A stretch of DNA of 63,907 bases, the filler included, from an uncultured bacterium (lineage in GTDB: Bacteria > CAYJRR01): assembly GCA_964372275.1 (NCBI GenBank). It is 3 parts of 3 records of this genome, joined end to end, with 100 filler letters (N's around TTAATTAATTAA, not from the genome) between each part and the next. Parts side by side here need not be neighbours in the genome. Positions count along the whole stretch, not along the records: positions 22,790 to 45,362 come from CAYJRR010000076.1; positions 45,463 to 63,907 come from CAYJRR010000090.1; 1 more part is not named here. The stretch is one strand, 5' to 3'. The notes under the pieces are model-generated. The model saw only the letters and a list, made by a program, of their open reading frames with translations, ran no database searches and had not been told where the DNA came from. Position numbers and translations under genes: made by a program. Positions within the stretch are counted from its first letter, which is position 1; every line of letters starts with the position of its first letter. Positions 44,311 through 53,569 of this stretch are shown one piece after another.

Positions 44311-45362
44311 TTGGGAGCGAAAGACCTCGAACTACTCCAACGCACGATCGACGAGCTGACGGTCTTCAACGAGATCGGCCGGACGCTCACCTCTTCGCTC
44401 GAGATCGACCAGGTCCTGGCGCGGATCATGGACCGGATCACCGGCCTGCTCAAGCCGAAGAACTGGTCGCTGCTCCTCCTCGACGAGGCGTCGCAGGAGC
44501 TCCACGTCCAGGTCGTCGTCGGCGGGCCGCGCAAGAGGAAGAACGGGGCGACGATCCGCGTCGGCGAGGGGATCGCCGGATGGGTGGCACGCGAGAAGCG
44601 ATCGCTCCTGCTCCCCGACGCGCAGCTCGATCCCCGCTTCCATCCGCTCTTCGACCGCGCCAGCGACCTGAAACCGGTGACGGTGCTGTGCGCCCCGATG
44701 ATCTCCAAGGAGAAGGTCCTCGGGGTGATCGAGCTGATGTACGTGCAGGAGGGCGCTCCGCGGGCACGTCCGGCCGACCTGACGGTCCTGGAGACGATCG
44801 CCGACTACGCGGCGATCGCCATCGAAAACGCGCGGAACTTCCGGCAGGTCCAGGAGCTCACCAACACCGACGACGTCACCGGCCTCTACAACTCGCGCTT
44901 CCTGCAACGGGTGCTGGAGTACGAGGTGGCGCGCGCCTCCCGATACCAGACGCCGCTGTCGCTGGTCTTCGTCGACCTCGACCGGTTCAAGGAGGTGAAC
45001 GACCGGTGGGGCCATCTCCACGGCAGCCGCCTCCTGTTCGAAGTCGGCCAGGTGATCCGCGACAACCTGCGCAAGACCGACTTCGGCGTCCGCTACGGCG
45101 GCGATGAGTTCGTGGCGCTCCTTCCGCAGACGGCGAAGGAGAACGCGATGGTGCTGGTGAAGCGGCTGCATCGCGAGATCGGGCGCCGCACCTTCCTCGT
45201 CGGCGGTCCACCCCCGGGGGCGCCGCCGACCTCGATCGAGGGACCGCCCGGCGGCGTCCGCCTGAGCGCCTCCTTCGGGATCGCCGAATACCCGCGCGAC
45301 GCGCAGAGCGCCGAGGAGCTCCTGCGCATGGCCGACACCGCCATGTACGGCGTGAAGAAAAC
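44311..45362 (+). CDS. GAF-GGDEF diguanylate cyclase, 3'-truncated at contig end
   Basis: GEGIAGWV GAF; DDVTGLYN, DLDRFK.VND, RKTD I-site, RYGGDEF; start uncertain. Confidence 0.93.
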
Positions 45363-45462
45363 NNNNNNNNNNNNNNNNNNNNNNNNNNNNNNNNNNNNNN
45401 NNNNNNTTAATTAATTAANNNNNNNNNNNNNNNNNNNNNNNNNNNNNNNNNNNNNNNNNNNN
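45363..45462. other. Artificial contig-joining linker
   Basis: Same 100-bp N/TTAATTAATTAA spacer. Confidence 0.97.
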
Positions 45463-45725
45463 CTCGCTCGAGCCCCGCCCCCCGAGCGCCGACGACGCCG
45501 TGCGCAGCGCCGGGACGGGTGCGCGACGGGCGGCTTTCACGACCGATCGCATGCAAGTACGACGCGTCTGGAACACCCGGTCGCCGGATACGCTCGCCCG
45601 GCCGCACCCGGCAACCAGACCTGCCGCTCGTCGGGTTCGCCGGTCGCCGGCACGCGGGCTTACGAACCGCCTTTCCGGCATCGCCATTGCTGCCAGTCGG
45701 AGAGACCGACCCGGGGAGGGCTGCC

Positions 45726-46265
45726 ATGTTCCATCGAAAGAGTTGGGTCGCCGCACTGACGTTCGTCGCCTTCATCGCCGCCACGACCACGGCCGAGGCG
45801 CGCCAAGGAGAGGTCGATCTCGACGATCCCTACGCCGTCGCCCGAGCCGTCGCCGTCAACCAGGGCAAGGCCGCCGACGTGCGGTCCACGGTCGAGCGCT
45901 ACTCCGCCATCCAGGCATTCGCCACCGCCGGCGGCGCCTCGATCGGCGTCTTCCTGTTCGAAAGCGCCGTTCCTCCGCTCCTGTTCGCCACCGTGATCGC
46001 CCTCGGCGCCAGCACCCTCGGCACGATGGCGGTCGGCCTCCCGATCGAGCGCATGTATGCGCGGCGTGCCGATCGGTACCGGCAGACCCTGGTCAACCTC
46101 GTCGGCGAAGACGAGGCCCGGCGACGCATCGAGCTCGCACGCGAAGCCCTCGAATCGGAGCGGGCCGCGGAAACGCTGGGGATCAACGTCCCACGGCGTT
46201 CCGATACCCGGGCAACCGCCGGCGGCGTGCAAGGCCCCTCGTCGGGCGCGGGAACGAGACGCTAG
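45726..46265 (+). CDS. Hypothetical exported/membrane protein
   Basis: GGGGAGGG RBS; signal peptide ending AEA; two hydrophobic segments. Confidence 0.65.
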   Translation: MFHRKSWVAALTFVAFIAATTTAEARQGEVDLDDPYAVARAVAVNQGKAADVRSTVERYSAIQAFATAGGASIGVFLFESAVPPLLFATVIALGASTLGTMAVGLPIERMYARRADRYRQTLVNLVGEDEARRRIELAREALESERAAETLGINVPRRSDTRATAGGVQGPSSGAGTRR

Positions 46266-46312
46266 ACGGCGCCCTTCCCTCGCCGGCGCGATTTGGGGGA
46301 ACCTCTCGGCGG

Positions 46313-47266
46313 ATGGCGCGCGTCCACCTGTTCGAGTGGGAGGACTTCGGATGGTACCCGTCGGCGCTCCGGGACCTGGAGACCGATCTCCTCCGTTGGA
46401 CGATCACCGCGTTCGGGATCTACGACCGCACCGCGCCGCTGGTCGCACGCTGTCTCCGCGCGTCTCGGGACCGGCGCGTCGTCGATCTCTGCTCCGGAGG
46501 CGCGGGCCCGTGGCGGACGCTGTGGCGCCTCGTGGAACGCGAGGCGGGGGAGCCGGTCCCGGTGACGCTGAGCGACAAGTTCCCAAACCTCCCGGCGTTC
46601 GAGCGCACACGCGCCGAGACGGCGGGCCGGGTCGACTTCCGGGCCGATCCGCTCGACGCCACCGCCGTCCCGGAGGCGTGGAGCGGCTGCGCGCGAACGA
46701 TCTTCAGCGCGTTCCACCACTTTCCGCCCCCGCTCGCGACGGCGATCCTGCGCGACGCTTTCGACCGGCGTGCGCCGATCGGCGTCTTCGAAGGGGCGCG
46801 GCGGTCGATCGCGGAGATCGCGCCGATCCTGCTCACGCCGTTCGTCGTCTGGCTGGCGGTGCCGTTCGTGCGGCCCTGGCGTTGGCAGCGGTTCCTCTTC
46901 ACCTACCTTCTTCCCGTCACGCCGCTCGCCGCGCTGTGGGACGGGATCGTCTCCTGCCTTCGCGTCTATTCACCGGCGGAGTTGGCCGCGCTCGTCCGCG
47001 ACCTGCGCGCCGACGACTACCGCTGGGAGATCGGAACGGTCCGCGGTCGTTGGGGGGTGCCCCGCGTGACCTACCTGGTCGGACGGCCGTCCACGCGCGG
47101 CGGCAACAGACCGATGTCGCCGATCGGCGGGACGACCGGGGTCGGTGTCGCAGTCGCCGTCGGCGACGGCGTCGGGTCGTCGGGGACGCCGGCGCCGTCG
47201 CCGGCCCCCCCCGACGCGCACCCGAGCGTGAGCAACAACACGGCGGTGCGCGCAACCGATCGATGA
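46313..47266 (+). CDS. Class I SAM-dependent methyltransferase-like protein with suspect C-terminal extension
   Basis: RVHLFEWED, VVDLCSGGAGP, LSDKFPN, SAFHHF, WDGIVSCLR; natural end expected near 47090. Confidence 0.8.
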   Translation: MARVHLFEWEDFGWYPSALRDLETDLLRWTITAFGIYDRTAPLVARCLRASRDRRVVDLCSGGAGPWRTLWRLVEREAGEPVPVTLSDKFPNLPAFERTRAETAGRVDFRADPLDATAVPEAWSGCARTIFSAFHHFPPPLATAILRDAFDRRAPIGVFEGARRSIAEIAPILLTPFVVWLAVPFVRPWRWQRFLFTYLLPVTPLAALWDGIVSCLRVYSPAELAALVRDLRADDYRWEIGTVRGRWGVPRVTYLVGRPSTRGGNRPMSPIGGTTGVGVAVAVGDGVGSSGTPAPSPAPPDAHPSVSNNTAVRATDR

Positions 47267-47277
47267 TTGACATTCAT
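47071..47277 (-). pseudogene. N-terminal fragment of a lipoprotein
   Basis: LLLTLGC lipobox and PTPSPTATATPTP linker, then ends inside the opposing methyltransferase gene. Confidence 0.45.
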
Positions 47278-47384
47278 GTCAATCGCGCACTCTACGCGAG
47301 GCGGAAAAAAAATCCGCGGAGCACCCCGTCGGGTCGGGAGAGAGGAGAGGGAGTCCGACGGAGCACCCCGCGGAAGCGAGGTCG

Positions 47385-47681
47385 TTATGGATTCGGGCGT
47401 GGCGAATCGTTCTCGAGGAACTGGACGGCGACGCCGACCTGGTATTCACCGGCCTTGCTGGCGACGATGCGGGTGGTGCGGCCGACGGCGGAGACGGTCC
47501 CCTGGCCGGGGAGGTCGATCGCCATCCGCACCTCCTGAGTAGGGTCGAACAGGAAGGCGGTCTCGAAGTAGACGCCGCGCGTGCTCACGTTCCGGGTTCG
47601 CGCTTCGAACGTCTGCTTGCCGACGCGGCACAGGATGCTGGCGGAGACCTCCTCTCGGGGAACGTCACGTCGTTCCGACAT
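47385..47681 (-). CDS. Single-domain PilZ protein
   Basis: ERRDVPR (RxxxR) and NVSTRG (D/NxSxxG), GVAVQF. Confidence 0.9.
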   Translation of the reverse strand: MSERRDVPREEVSASILCRVGKQTFEARTRNVSTRGVYFETAFLFDPTQEVRMAIDLPGQGTVSAVGRTTRIVASKAGEYQVGVAVQFLENDSPRPNP

Positions 47682-47695
47682 GGCGCAGCCACACT

Positions 47696-47712
47696 AAGCA
47701 ACCGCCGTGCCG
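47696..47712 (-). promoter_or_regulatory. Putative sigma54 -24/-12 promoter of the PilZ gene
   Basis: Minus strand CGGCAC-GGCGG-TTGCTT matches YGGCAC-N5-TTGCW. Confidence 0.55.
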
Positions 47713-47919
47713 CGGCAAGCGGTTCCACGAGCGACGCGGCGCGCGGTCGGTCAACCGTCCGTGGTCGAACCGGATCCGAGGAACGGCGGAAGAATCGAGC
47801 CATCGCCACCGCGCCGTGGAGTTCCCGTCGAGAAGCAAATTGTCCCTTCGGATCGCGAGCGTTGGGACATTGCGCGGACAGTCCGACGACGCACCGTCGC
47901 CCCACCTGCGATCGGCGCG

Positions 47920-48243
47920 TCACAGGCCGCCGGCAATCGCGGGGAGGATCGAGAGCGTATCGCCGTCCTTCGTCGGGGCGTCGGTTCCGCCGAGGTCGCG
48001 CACATCCTGGTCGTTGACGTAAAGGTTCACGAACCGGCGCACCGCCCCACGATCGTCGACCAGGCGCCCGGCGAGACCGGGATACTGCCGGACGAGATCG
48101 GCGAGCAGATCACGGACGGTCCTCCCGTTCGCCTCGACCTCGGAGCGGCCGCCGGTCATCGGACGGAGCGGGGTGGGGATGCGGACGGTGATGGCCGGGG
48201 GGTTCGGGGGTTGTCCCCCGGGGGAGCGCGAAGGCGCGGACAT
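47920..48243 (-). CDS. Ubiquitin-like sulfur carrier (CysO/MoaD/ThiS family)
   Basis: VRIPTPLR, FVNLYVND.DVR, SILPAIAGGL. Confidence 0.92.
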   Translation of the reverse strand: MSAPSRSPGGQPPNPPAITVRIPTPLRPMTGGRSEVEANGRTVRDLLADLVRQYPGLAGRLVDDRGAVRRFVNLYVNDQDVRDLGGTDAPTKDGDTLSILPAIAGGL

Positions 48244-48253
48244 GCCTCCCTAT

Positions 48254-48715
48254 CTACACGATCTCGATCGGCCGCTCCACGAAGTCGCGCGTGTCGGCGT
48301 CCCAGACGAACGCCTTCATCCCGCGCGCGCGTCCCGCGCGGACGTCGGCTACCAGGTAGACGGCCTCGGGAAAGAGGGGCTCCCCGAACGGGAGGGCGCG
48401 GGCCTTGTCCTCGTCGGAAAAGTAGGCGCCGACGTCGGCGTGCGAGTGGTAGAGGCCCCGCACCGTTCGCCCGGCCGACTCCGCGGCCCGCATCGCCGCC
48501 GCCTGCTCGCCGGGGTCCATCACGTAGCCGGTGCGCGCATCGCGCGTGAACTCGTCCGGCCGCTCGCGGCGCAGCCGGTCGGCGGCGTTGGTCACCGGCA
48601 CGACCTCGACCACCGCCCCCGCCCGGTCCGCGAGCACGAACCCGCACGACTCCTCGGGATAGGTCTGCTCGCCGTGGCGCAGGATCCGTTCGTAGAGCGC
48701 GCGCGGGATCGTCAT
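48254..48715 (-). CDS. JAMM/M67 metallopeptidase (Mec-like)
   Basis: YPEESCG, YHSH......FS..D. Confidence 0.92.
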   Translation of the reverse strand: MTIPRALYERILRHGEQTYPEESCGFVLADRAGAVVEVVPVTNAADRLRRERPDEFTRDARTGYVMDPGEQAAAMRAAESAGRTVRGLYHSHADVGAYFSDEDKARALPFGEPLFPEAVYLVADVRAGRARGMKAFVWDADTRDFVERPIEIV

Positions 48716-49611
48716 CGTTCGAACGAGTCGGCGAGGATCGTCACCACCACCCCCTCCTGGAGCCCGGCGGCGACGGCCAGCGCGGCGACGACGGCGCCGC
48801 CGGCGGAGTGCGACGCGGGGATCCCCTCCTCCCGCGCGAGGCGATCGGCCATCTCCCACGCCGCCTCGGTGGCGACCGGAACGATCCCGTCCAACGTTTC
48901 CGGCCTCCAGATCGTGGGGACGATCGCCGTCGCCATGTGCTTCCACCCTTCGAGTCCGTGGAACGGTTCCGACGGCTCCGCGGCGTAGCAGCGGACGGCC
49001 GGGTTCCGCGACTTCAGGTAGCGCGAGGTCCCCATCACCGTCCCCGACGTTCCGATCCCGGCGACGAAGTGGGTGATCCGCCCGCCCGTCTGCTCGAAGA
49101 TCTCCGGTCCGGTGGTGCGCACGTGCGCCTCGGGATTGGCTTCGTTGCGGTACTGGTCCGGCCGGAACCAGCGCGACGGGTCGCCCGCCACCAGCGCGTC
49201 GCACGCGCGGATCGCGCCGTCCGATCCCTCCAGCGGATCGCTCTCCACGAGCTCGGCCCCGTATGCGCGCGCGATCGCCTTGCGCGCCGGAGAGGCGTTG
49301 GCCGGCATCACCAACGTCACGCCGACCCCGAGCGCGGCGCCCAGCATCGCCAGGGCGATCCCGGTGTTTCCGGAGGTGGCGTCGACGATCCGCTTCCCCT
49401 TGGTGAGGTGCCCCTTCTCGATCCCGTCGAGGATCAGGCGGAGCGCCGCGCGATCCTTCACCGAACCGCCGGGCTCGAGGTATTCGAGCTTGGCCCACAA
49501 CTCCACGCCGGCGGCAAGGGAGTCGACGACCCGGCGCAGGCGCACGAGCGGCGTGTTCCCGACCAGGTCGATCGCCGAGGGGACGATGGTCAGCGGTTCG
49601 CCGCGGTTCAC
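48712..49611 (-). CDS. PLP-dependent cysteine synthase (CysM-like)
   Basis: VGNTPLV, KLE...PGGSVKDR, ATSGNTG, GIGTSGT. Confidence 0.92.
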   Translation of the reverse strand: MNRGEPLTIVPSAIDLVGNTPLVRLRRVVDSLAAGVELWAKLEYLEPGGSVKDRAALRLILDGIEKGHLTKGKRIVDATSGNTGIALAMLGAALGVGVTLVMPANASPARKAIARAYGAELVESDPLEGSDGAIRACDALVAGDPSRWFRPDQYRNEANPEAHVRTTGPEIFEQTGGRITHFVAGIGTSGTVMGTSRYLKSRNPAVRCYAAEPSEPFHGLEGWKHMATAIVPTIWRPETLDGIVPVATEAAWEMADRLAREEGIPASHSAGGAVVAALAVAAGLQEGVVVTILADSFER

Positions 49612-50453
49612 GGGACCTCCGCGGCGATCAGGTGACGCTCTCCCGCATCGCTGCACAGCGCGACGACGCGCCTTCCCGGCCCGAGCCGCTCCGCCACGCG
49701 GCGCGCGACGGCGAAGGCGGCGCCGGAGGCCGGACCGAGGAGGAGCCCCTCCCGGACGGCGAGCTCCAGCGCCGCGGCGCGCGCCTCGGGAAGGGCGACG
49801 TCGACCATCCCGTCGGCCTCGGCGCGGCTGAAGCCGGCGAGCCGTACCGGGTGCACCTCCATCGCGGGGAAGCGCGCGTGCAGGACGCCGCCGATCCCCT
49901 CCAGCGTGCCTTCACCCCCTGGAGTGGTGCTGCGCATCACGCCGACGAAGGCGTCGATCGTTCCGGACGCGGTCGCTTCGAGGATCTCGACGCCGATCTC
50001 CGCGCAGGCACGCGCCGCCACCGCCGCCGATTCGATCTCCAGCGCCGCGCTCCCGGCGCGGGCCGCCTCGGCCGCGGCGGCGTTTCGCGCTTCGTCGAGC
50101 GTCCCCTCGACCACCACCACGCGCGCGCCGAACCGCGCCGCCGCCGCCCGCCGCGAGGGGTTCGTCGAGGCCGGAACGAACAGCGTCAGCGGATGCGCAC
50201 GGACCGCGCAGACCAGCGCCAGGCTGAAGGCGCCGTCCTCGCCGGCGGCGGCCACGACCGCCCCGCCCGGTCGCAACCGATCGTCGCGGAGCGCCTGCTC
50301 GATCGAAAACTTCGCGACCCGGTCGCGAAGCGAGCCCCCGGGGTTCCACTTCTCCAGCTTGAGAAGCAGCTCGGCGCCGGACGGCGGCGCGGCACGGGAA
50401 ACCCGCACCAGTGGCGTGCGTCCGATGGCGTCGAGCAGTTGCCCGCTTTCCAC
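49608..50453 (-). CDS. Degenerate cysteine-synthase-fold protein (PLP Lys replaced by Arg)
   Basis: IGRTPLV, KLEKWNPGGSLRDR; TSGN becomes AGED; REGLLLGPASGA, CSDAGERH. Confidence 0.8.
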   Translation of the reverse strand: MESGQLLDAIGRTPLVRVSRAAPPSGAELLLKLEKWNPGGSLRDRVAKFSIEQALRDDRLRPGGAVVAAAGEDGAFSLALVCAVRAHPLTLFVPASTNPSRRAAAARFGARVVVVEGTLDEARNAAAAEAARAGSAALEIESAAVAARACAEIGVEILEATASGTIDAFVGVMRSTTPGGEGTLEGIGGVLHARFPAMEVHPVRLAGFSRAEADGMVDVALPEARAAALELAVREGLLLGPASGAAFAVARRVAERLGPGRRVVALCSDAGERHLIAAEVP

Positions 50454-50526
50454 GGGCGACTTCTTACCACAGGGGTGGCGGCGGGCTTGCGCTTCCCGCC
50501 GGGGGGCTGTGTTAAAATCCCGTGGG

Positions 50527-51444
50527 ATGTCAGGCGTGTCGGTCACACTGGTGTTCGAGGCCGGTCCGGAGGCCGGCCGGAGCTTCAAGCTGGGGACCCC
50601 GCGAACGGTGATCGGGCGTCGCAAGGGCGAGATCATCGTCAAGGACGCCGAGATCTCGGGGGAACACTGCGAGATCACGATCGCCTCGGACAAGGTGACG
50701 CTGCGCGATCTGCAATCGACCAACGGATCGTTCGTCAACGGGAAGAAGCTCGCCGAGATGGCGCTGAAGGACGGCGACCGGTTGACGCTCGGACAGTCGA
50801 AGATCCTGGTGAAGGTCGAGCGGAGCGCCCCGCCGGCCCCCGCCCCGGCGCCGGCGTCCAAGCCCGCGCGCCCCGCGTCCGTCGCCCCGACCGGCCCATC
50901 GCGCGCCGACTCGAAGGGGCCGGCGCCGAAACCGGCGAACAGTCCGATGGCGATGACGACGCGCGCCCCCAGCCTCAATCCCACCGCGCCGATCCAGAAG
51001 CCGGCCAAGGTGGGCCCGGCGGCCGCCCCGATCGACGGGATCGGCGCGCTGATCAACGAGGAGCTGGAGGGTTTCTCCGAAGCGACCGACAGCGCGATCA
51101 TGGACCTTGCCCGCGCCGACGAGGAGCTCAAGCTCCCGTACCGCACGAACCTCTTCTTCGACGTGATCGAGGGTCCCGACGCCGGGATGAAGGTGCAGTT
51201 CCCGAAGGGGAACATGGTCATCGGCCGGCTCAACGCCGACGTGGTGCTGAAGGACTCCGACATCTCCCGGCGTCACGCACTGGTCGAGGCCTACACCCGC
51301 GACAAGATCTTCATCAAAGATCTCGCCTCGACCAACGGGACGTTCGTCAACGGGCAGCGCGTCACGTACGACAAGCTCAAGAACGGCGACAAGGTCCGCG
51401 TGGGGAAGACGATCCTGCGGTTCCGCGTCGAGGAAGTGAAGTAA
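50527..51444 (+). CDS. Double FHA-domain protein with Pro/Ala linker
   Basis: IGR...ISGEH...DLQSTNG and IGR...ISRRH...DLASTNG. Confidence 0.92.
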   Translation: MSGVSVTLVFEAGPEAGRSFKLGTPRTVIGRRKGEIIVKDAEISGEHCEITIASDKVTLRDLQSTNGSFVNGKKLAEMALKDGDRLTLGQSKILVKVERSAPPAPAPAPASKPARPASVAPTGPSRADSKGPAPKPANSPMAMTTRAPSLNPTAPIQKPAKVGPAAAPIDGIGALINEELEGFSEATDSAIMDLARADEELKLPYRTNLFFDVIEGPDAGMKVQFPKGNMVIGRLNADVVLKDSDISRRHALVEAYTRDKIFIKDLASTNGTFVNGQRVTYDKLKNGDKVRVGKTILRFRVEEVK

Positions 51445-51451
51445 TCCGCCG

Positions 51452-53266
51452 ATGAAACTCCGGCGGTTCGCCGCCGCGGGACGATTCGCCGTCGCCGCGG
51501 CCGTCGCCGCGGCGACCGCCGTCGGCTGCGGGCGTGGCTCCCTGCGCGGGGACTCCGGCGGAGGGTCGATCGAAGGGCTGCGGGTCCGGATCGACGCCCC
51601 CGACGAGGCGCCTCTCCACGTCGACTGCGACCTGACCGTCGGCCTGCAATTGGTCGACGCCGCCGGCGATCCGGTCGCGGACAGCATCCCGGTCAGCGTG
51701 CGGACGTCGGTCCTCGAGATCGACGGCGACCTGGTCGGATCGCCGGGCGATCTCACGACCGTCACGACCGACAGCAGCGGCGCCGCGTCGATCTCGGTCG
51801 GAATCGCCTCCACCCCCGCAAGCGCCGACCCGGTGTTTGACACCATCGAGGCCGAGGTGCCGGGAAGCGGCGCGCCGAAAGGACGCCACGACCTCGTCCT
51901 GCGCCCGAACCAGGCTCCGGTGGGCCAGCTGGCCTGGGTCGGCACGGCGGGTCTGCTGTCAAACGACGGCTCGGTCTTCACTGCCGTCGACGGCACCGCG
52001 CGCCTCTTCGTGAGCGTCGTCGACGACGACGTCGGGTTCGACCTTTCGGCCGTCCCGTTCGCGACCGACGATCCGTCGCTCCTCCCGAAGTTGCTGCAGC
52101 TCACCGGGACGGCCGGCACCGCCGTCGGTGCGGTGACCCGCGGGCCGCACGTGGTGCTCGCGGAGTACACCGACTGCGCCGGGGAGCGCTGGTCGGAACG
52201 CCTCGACTTCGAGCGGGGAACGAAGGTCGAGTTGCGCGTCGGCACGGCGAGCACGCCGCCCCTCGCCTCGAACCAGGCGGTCCGCGTCGACGTCGATCGC
52301 GGCAATCCGGAGCGCGCCTGGATCGGCTTCGGGGAGACCGACCGGCCCGAGATCGTGGAGATCGACGTCGGAGCCCAGACCTGGTCGGTCGCCTCCACGA
52401 CCAACCCGGCCCAGGTCTCCCACGCGCTCCGATGGTTCGGCACCTACCAGGGGGCGCCGTCGTTCGTCGGCTCGTTCGAAGGGGCCGCCGCCGCCAACGG
52501 GATCACCGTCTGGAACGCCGCGAGCGGCGCCGCGGCGACGACCTCGGCCTCCCCCTACAACGCCACGTCGCTGAAGACCGCGGTCTGCGGCGACGGCGTG
52601 GCCTACGTCGGCCGCGAGCTCGCGATCTATCTCTATCCCAACGCCATGGGCCTGACGGGGGGAACGCTCACCGAGAACGTCGTCGCGCTCGAAGCGAGGC
52701 CCGACGGCACCCACTGCGAGCTGTTCGTCTCGAATGCGAACGGCCTGCGGCGCTTCCGACACGATCCCGGCAGCCTGCAGCCGGCGACGCTCGAGCGGAC
52801 CTGGTCGTCGCCATCCGCGGCGACCACGATCGGGTTCGCCGGCGACACCGCCTGGGCGGCTGCCGGGGCGGCGATCTGGGCGATCCCGGCCGAGGAAGGC
52901 TCCTCCCCGGTGATCGTCCACCAGGGCACGATCGCCCCCGAGCCGGGCTTCGACGGCTTCTCGCTGTCGAGCCTGACGCGCGTCGTCGGCGGGCTGGTGG
53001 GAGGCGTGCCGACGGTCTGGGTCGGGAACGCGACGCCGGCGGCAGGCCAGGAGGGTCTCGTTCGCCTCGTGGTGCTCACTCCGCGATCGGCGCGCGGATC
53101 GGAACGGCCGGAGCGGACGGTGCCGCTCCCCTATCGGGCGACGGAGCTCCGTCGCTCGGTGCGCGATATCGCCGTGCGCCGCACCTTCGGCGGGGAGATC
53201 GCCGAACCGTGGTCGGTCTGGGCCGCGACCGACGCCGGACTGGTGCACGTCACCTGGACCGACTGA
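51452..53266 (+). CDS. Hypothetical lipoprotein (Ig-like N-terminus, beta-rich C-terminus)
   Basis: AVGC lipobox; LVDAAGDPV, TTDSSGAA. Confidence 0.65.
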   Translation: MKLRRFAAAGRFAVAAAVAAATAVGCGRGSLRGDSGGGSIEGLRVRIDAPDEAPLHVDCDLTVGLQLVDAAGDPVADSIPVSVRTSVLEIDGDLVGSPGDLTTVTTDSSGAASISVGIASTPASADPVFDTIEAEVPGSGAPKGRHDLVLRPNQAPVGQLAWVGTAGLLSNDGSVFTAVDGTARLFVSVVDDDVGFDLSAVPFATDDPSLLPKLLQLTGTAGTAVGAVTRGPHVVLAEYTDCAGERWSERLDFERGTKVELRVGTASTPPLASNQAVRVDVDRGNPERAWIGFGETDRPEIVEIDVGAQTWSVASTTNPAQVSHALRWFGTYQGAPSFVGSFEGAAAANGITVWNAASGAAATTSASPYNATSLKTAVCGDGVAYVGRELAIYLYPNAMGLTGGTLTENVVALEARPDGTHCELFVSNANGLRRFRHDPGSLQPATLERTWSSPSAATTIGFAGDTAWAAAGAAIWAIPAEEGSSPVIVHQGTIAPEPGFDGFSLSSLTRVVGGLVGGVPTVWVGNATPAAGQEGLVRLVVLTPRSARGSERPERTVPLPYRATELRRSVRDIAVRRTFGGEIAEPWSVWAATDAGLVHVTWTD

Positions 53267-53320
53267 CGGTCGCGCGTCGCCGCGCCGCGTCGCCGGTCGT
53301 GCGGCCGCGCTCGACGATTT

Positions 53321-53337
53321 CGTTACCTTGAGTAACG
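53321..53337. promoter_or_regulatory. Palindromic candidate regulator site in AT-rich region upstream of the M4 peptidase
   Basis: CGTTAC-CTTGA-GTAACG. Confidence 0.3.
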
Positions 53338-53569
53338 TAGATCATCTGCATATAAAATAAGGATGTTTCCGATTTTCTTGAGCGCGTCTCGAAATTTTTA
53401 GCGCCATCATGTCTCGCTGATCTGTAGCTCGCCGCGAAATTGCGACATCGAAGCCGCGAATCCCGCTCGAATTTCCGTAGCCTTTCCGGAACGTTGGCGA
53501 CCGCCAACGGCCGCCGCCGGCGAACGGGTACGCCCCTGGCACTTTTTCGACGACGGTCCGGGAGACGGA

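Noticed and set aside
45463-45551. Possible minus-strand gene start running into the gap
   Set aside because: Too short and featureless to support
47920-48715. Ubiquitin-like plus JAMM pair as a CBASS/Bil-type defence system
   Set aside because: No E1/E2 or cyclase; cysteine synthase context fits sulfur-carrier metabolism
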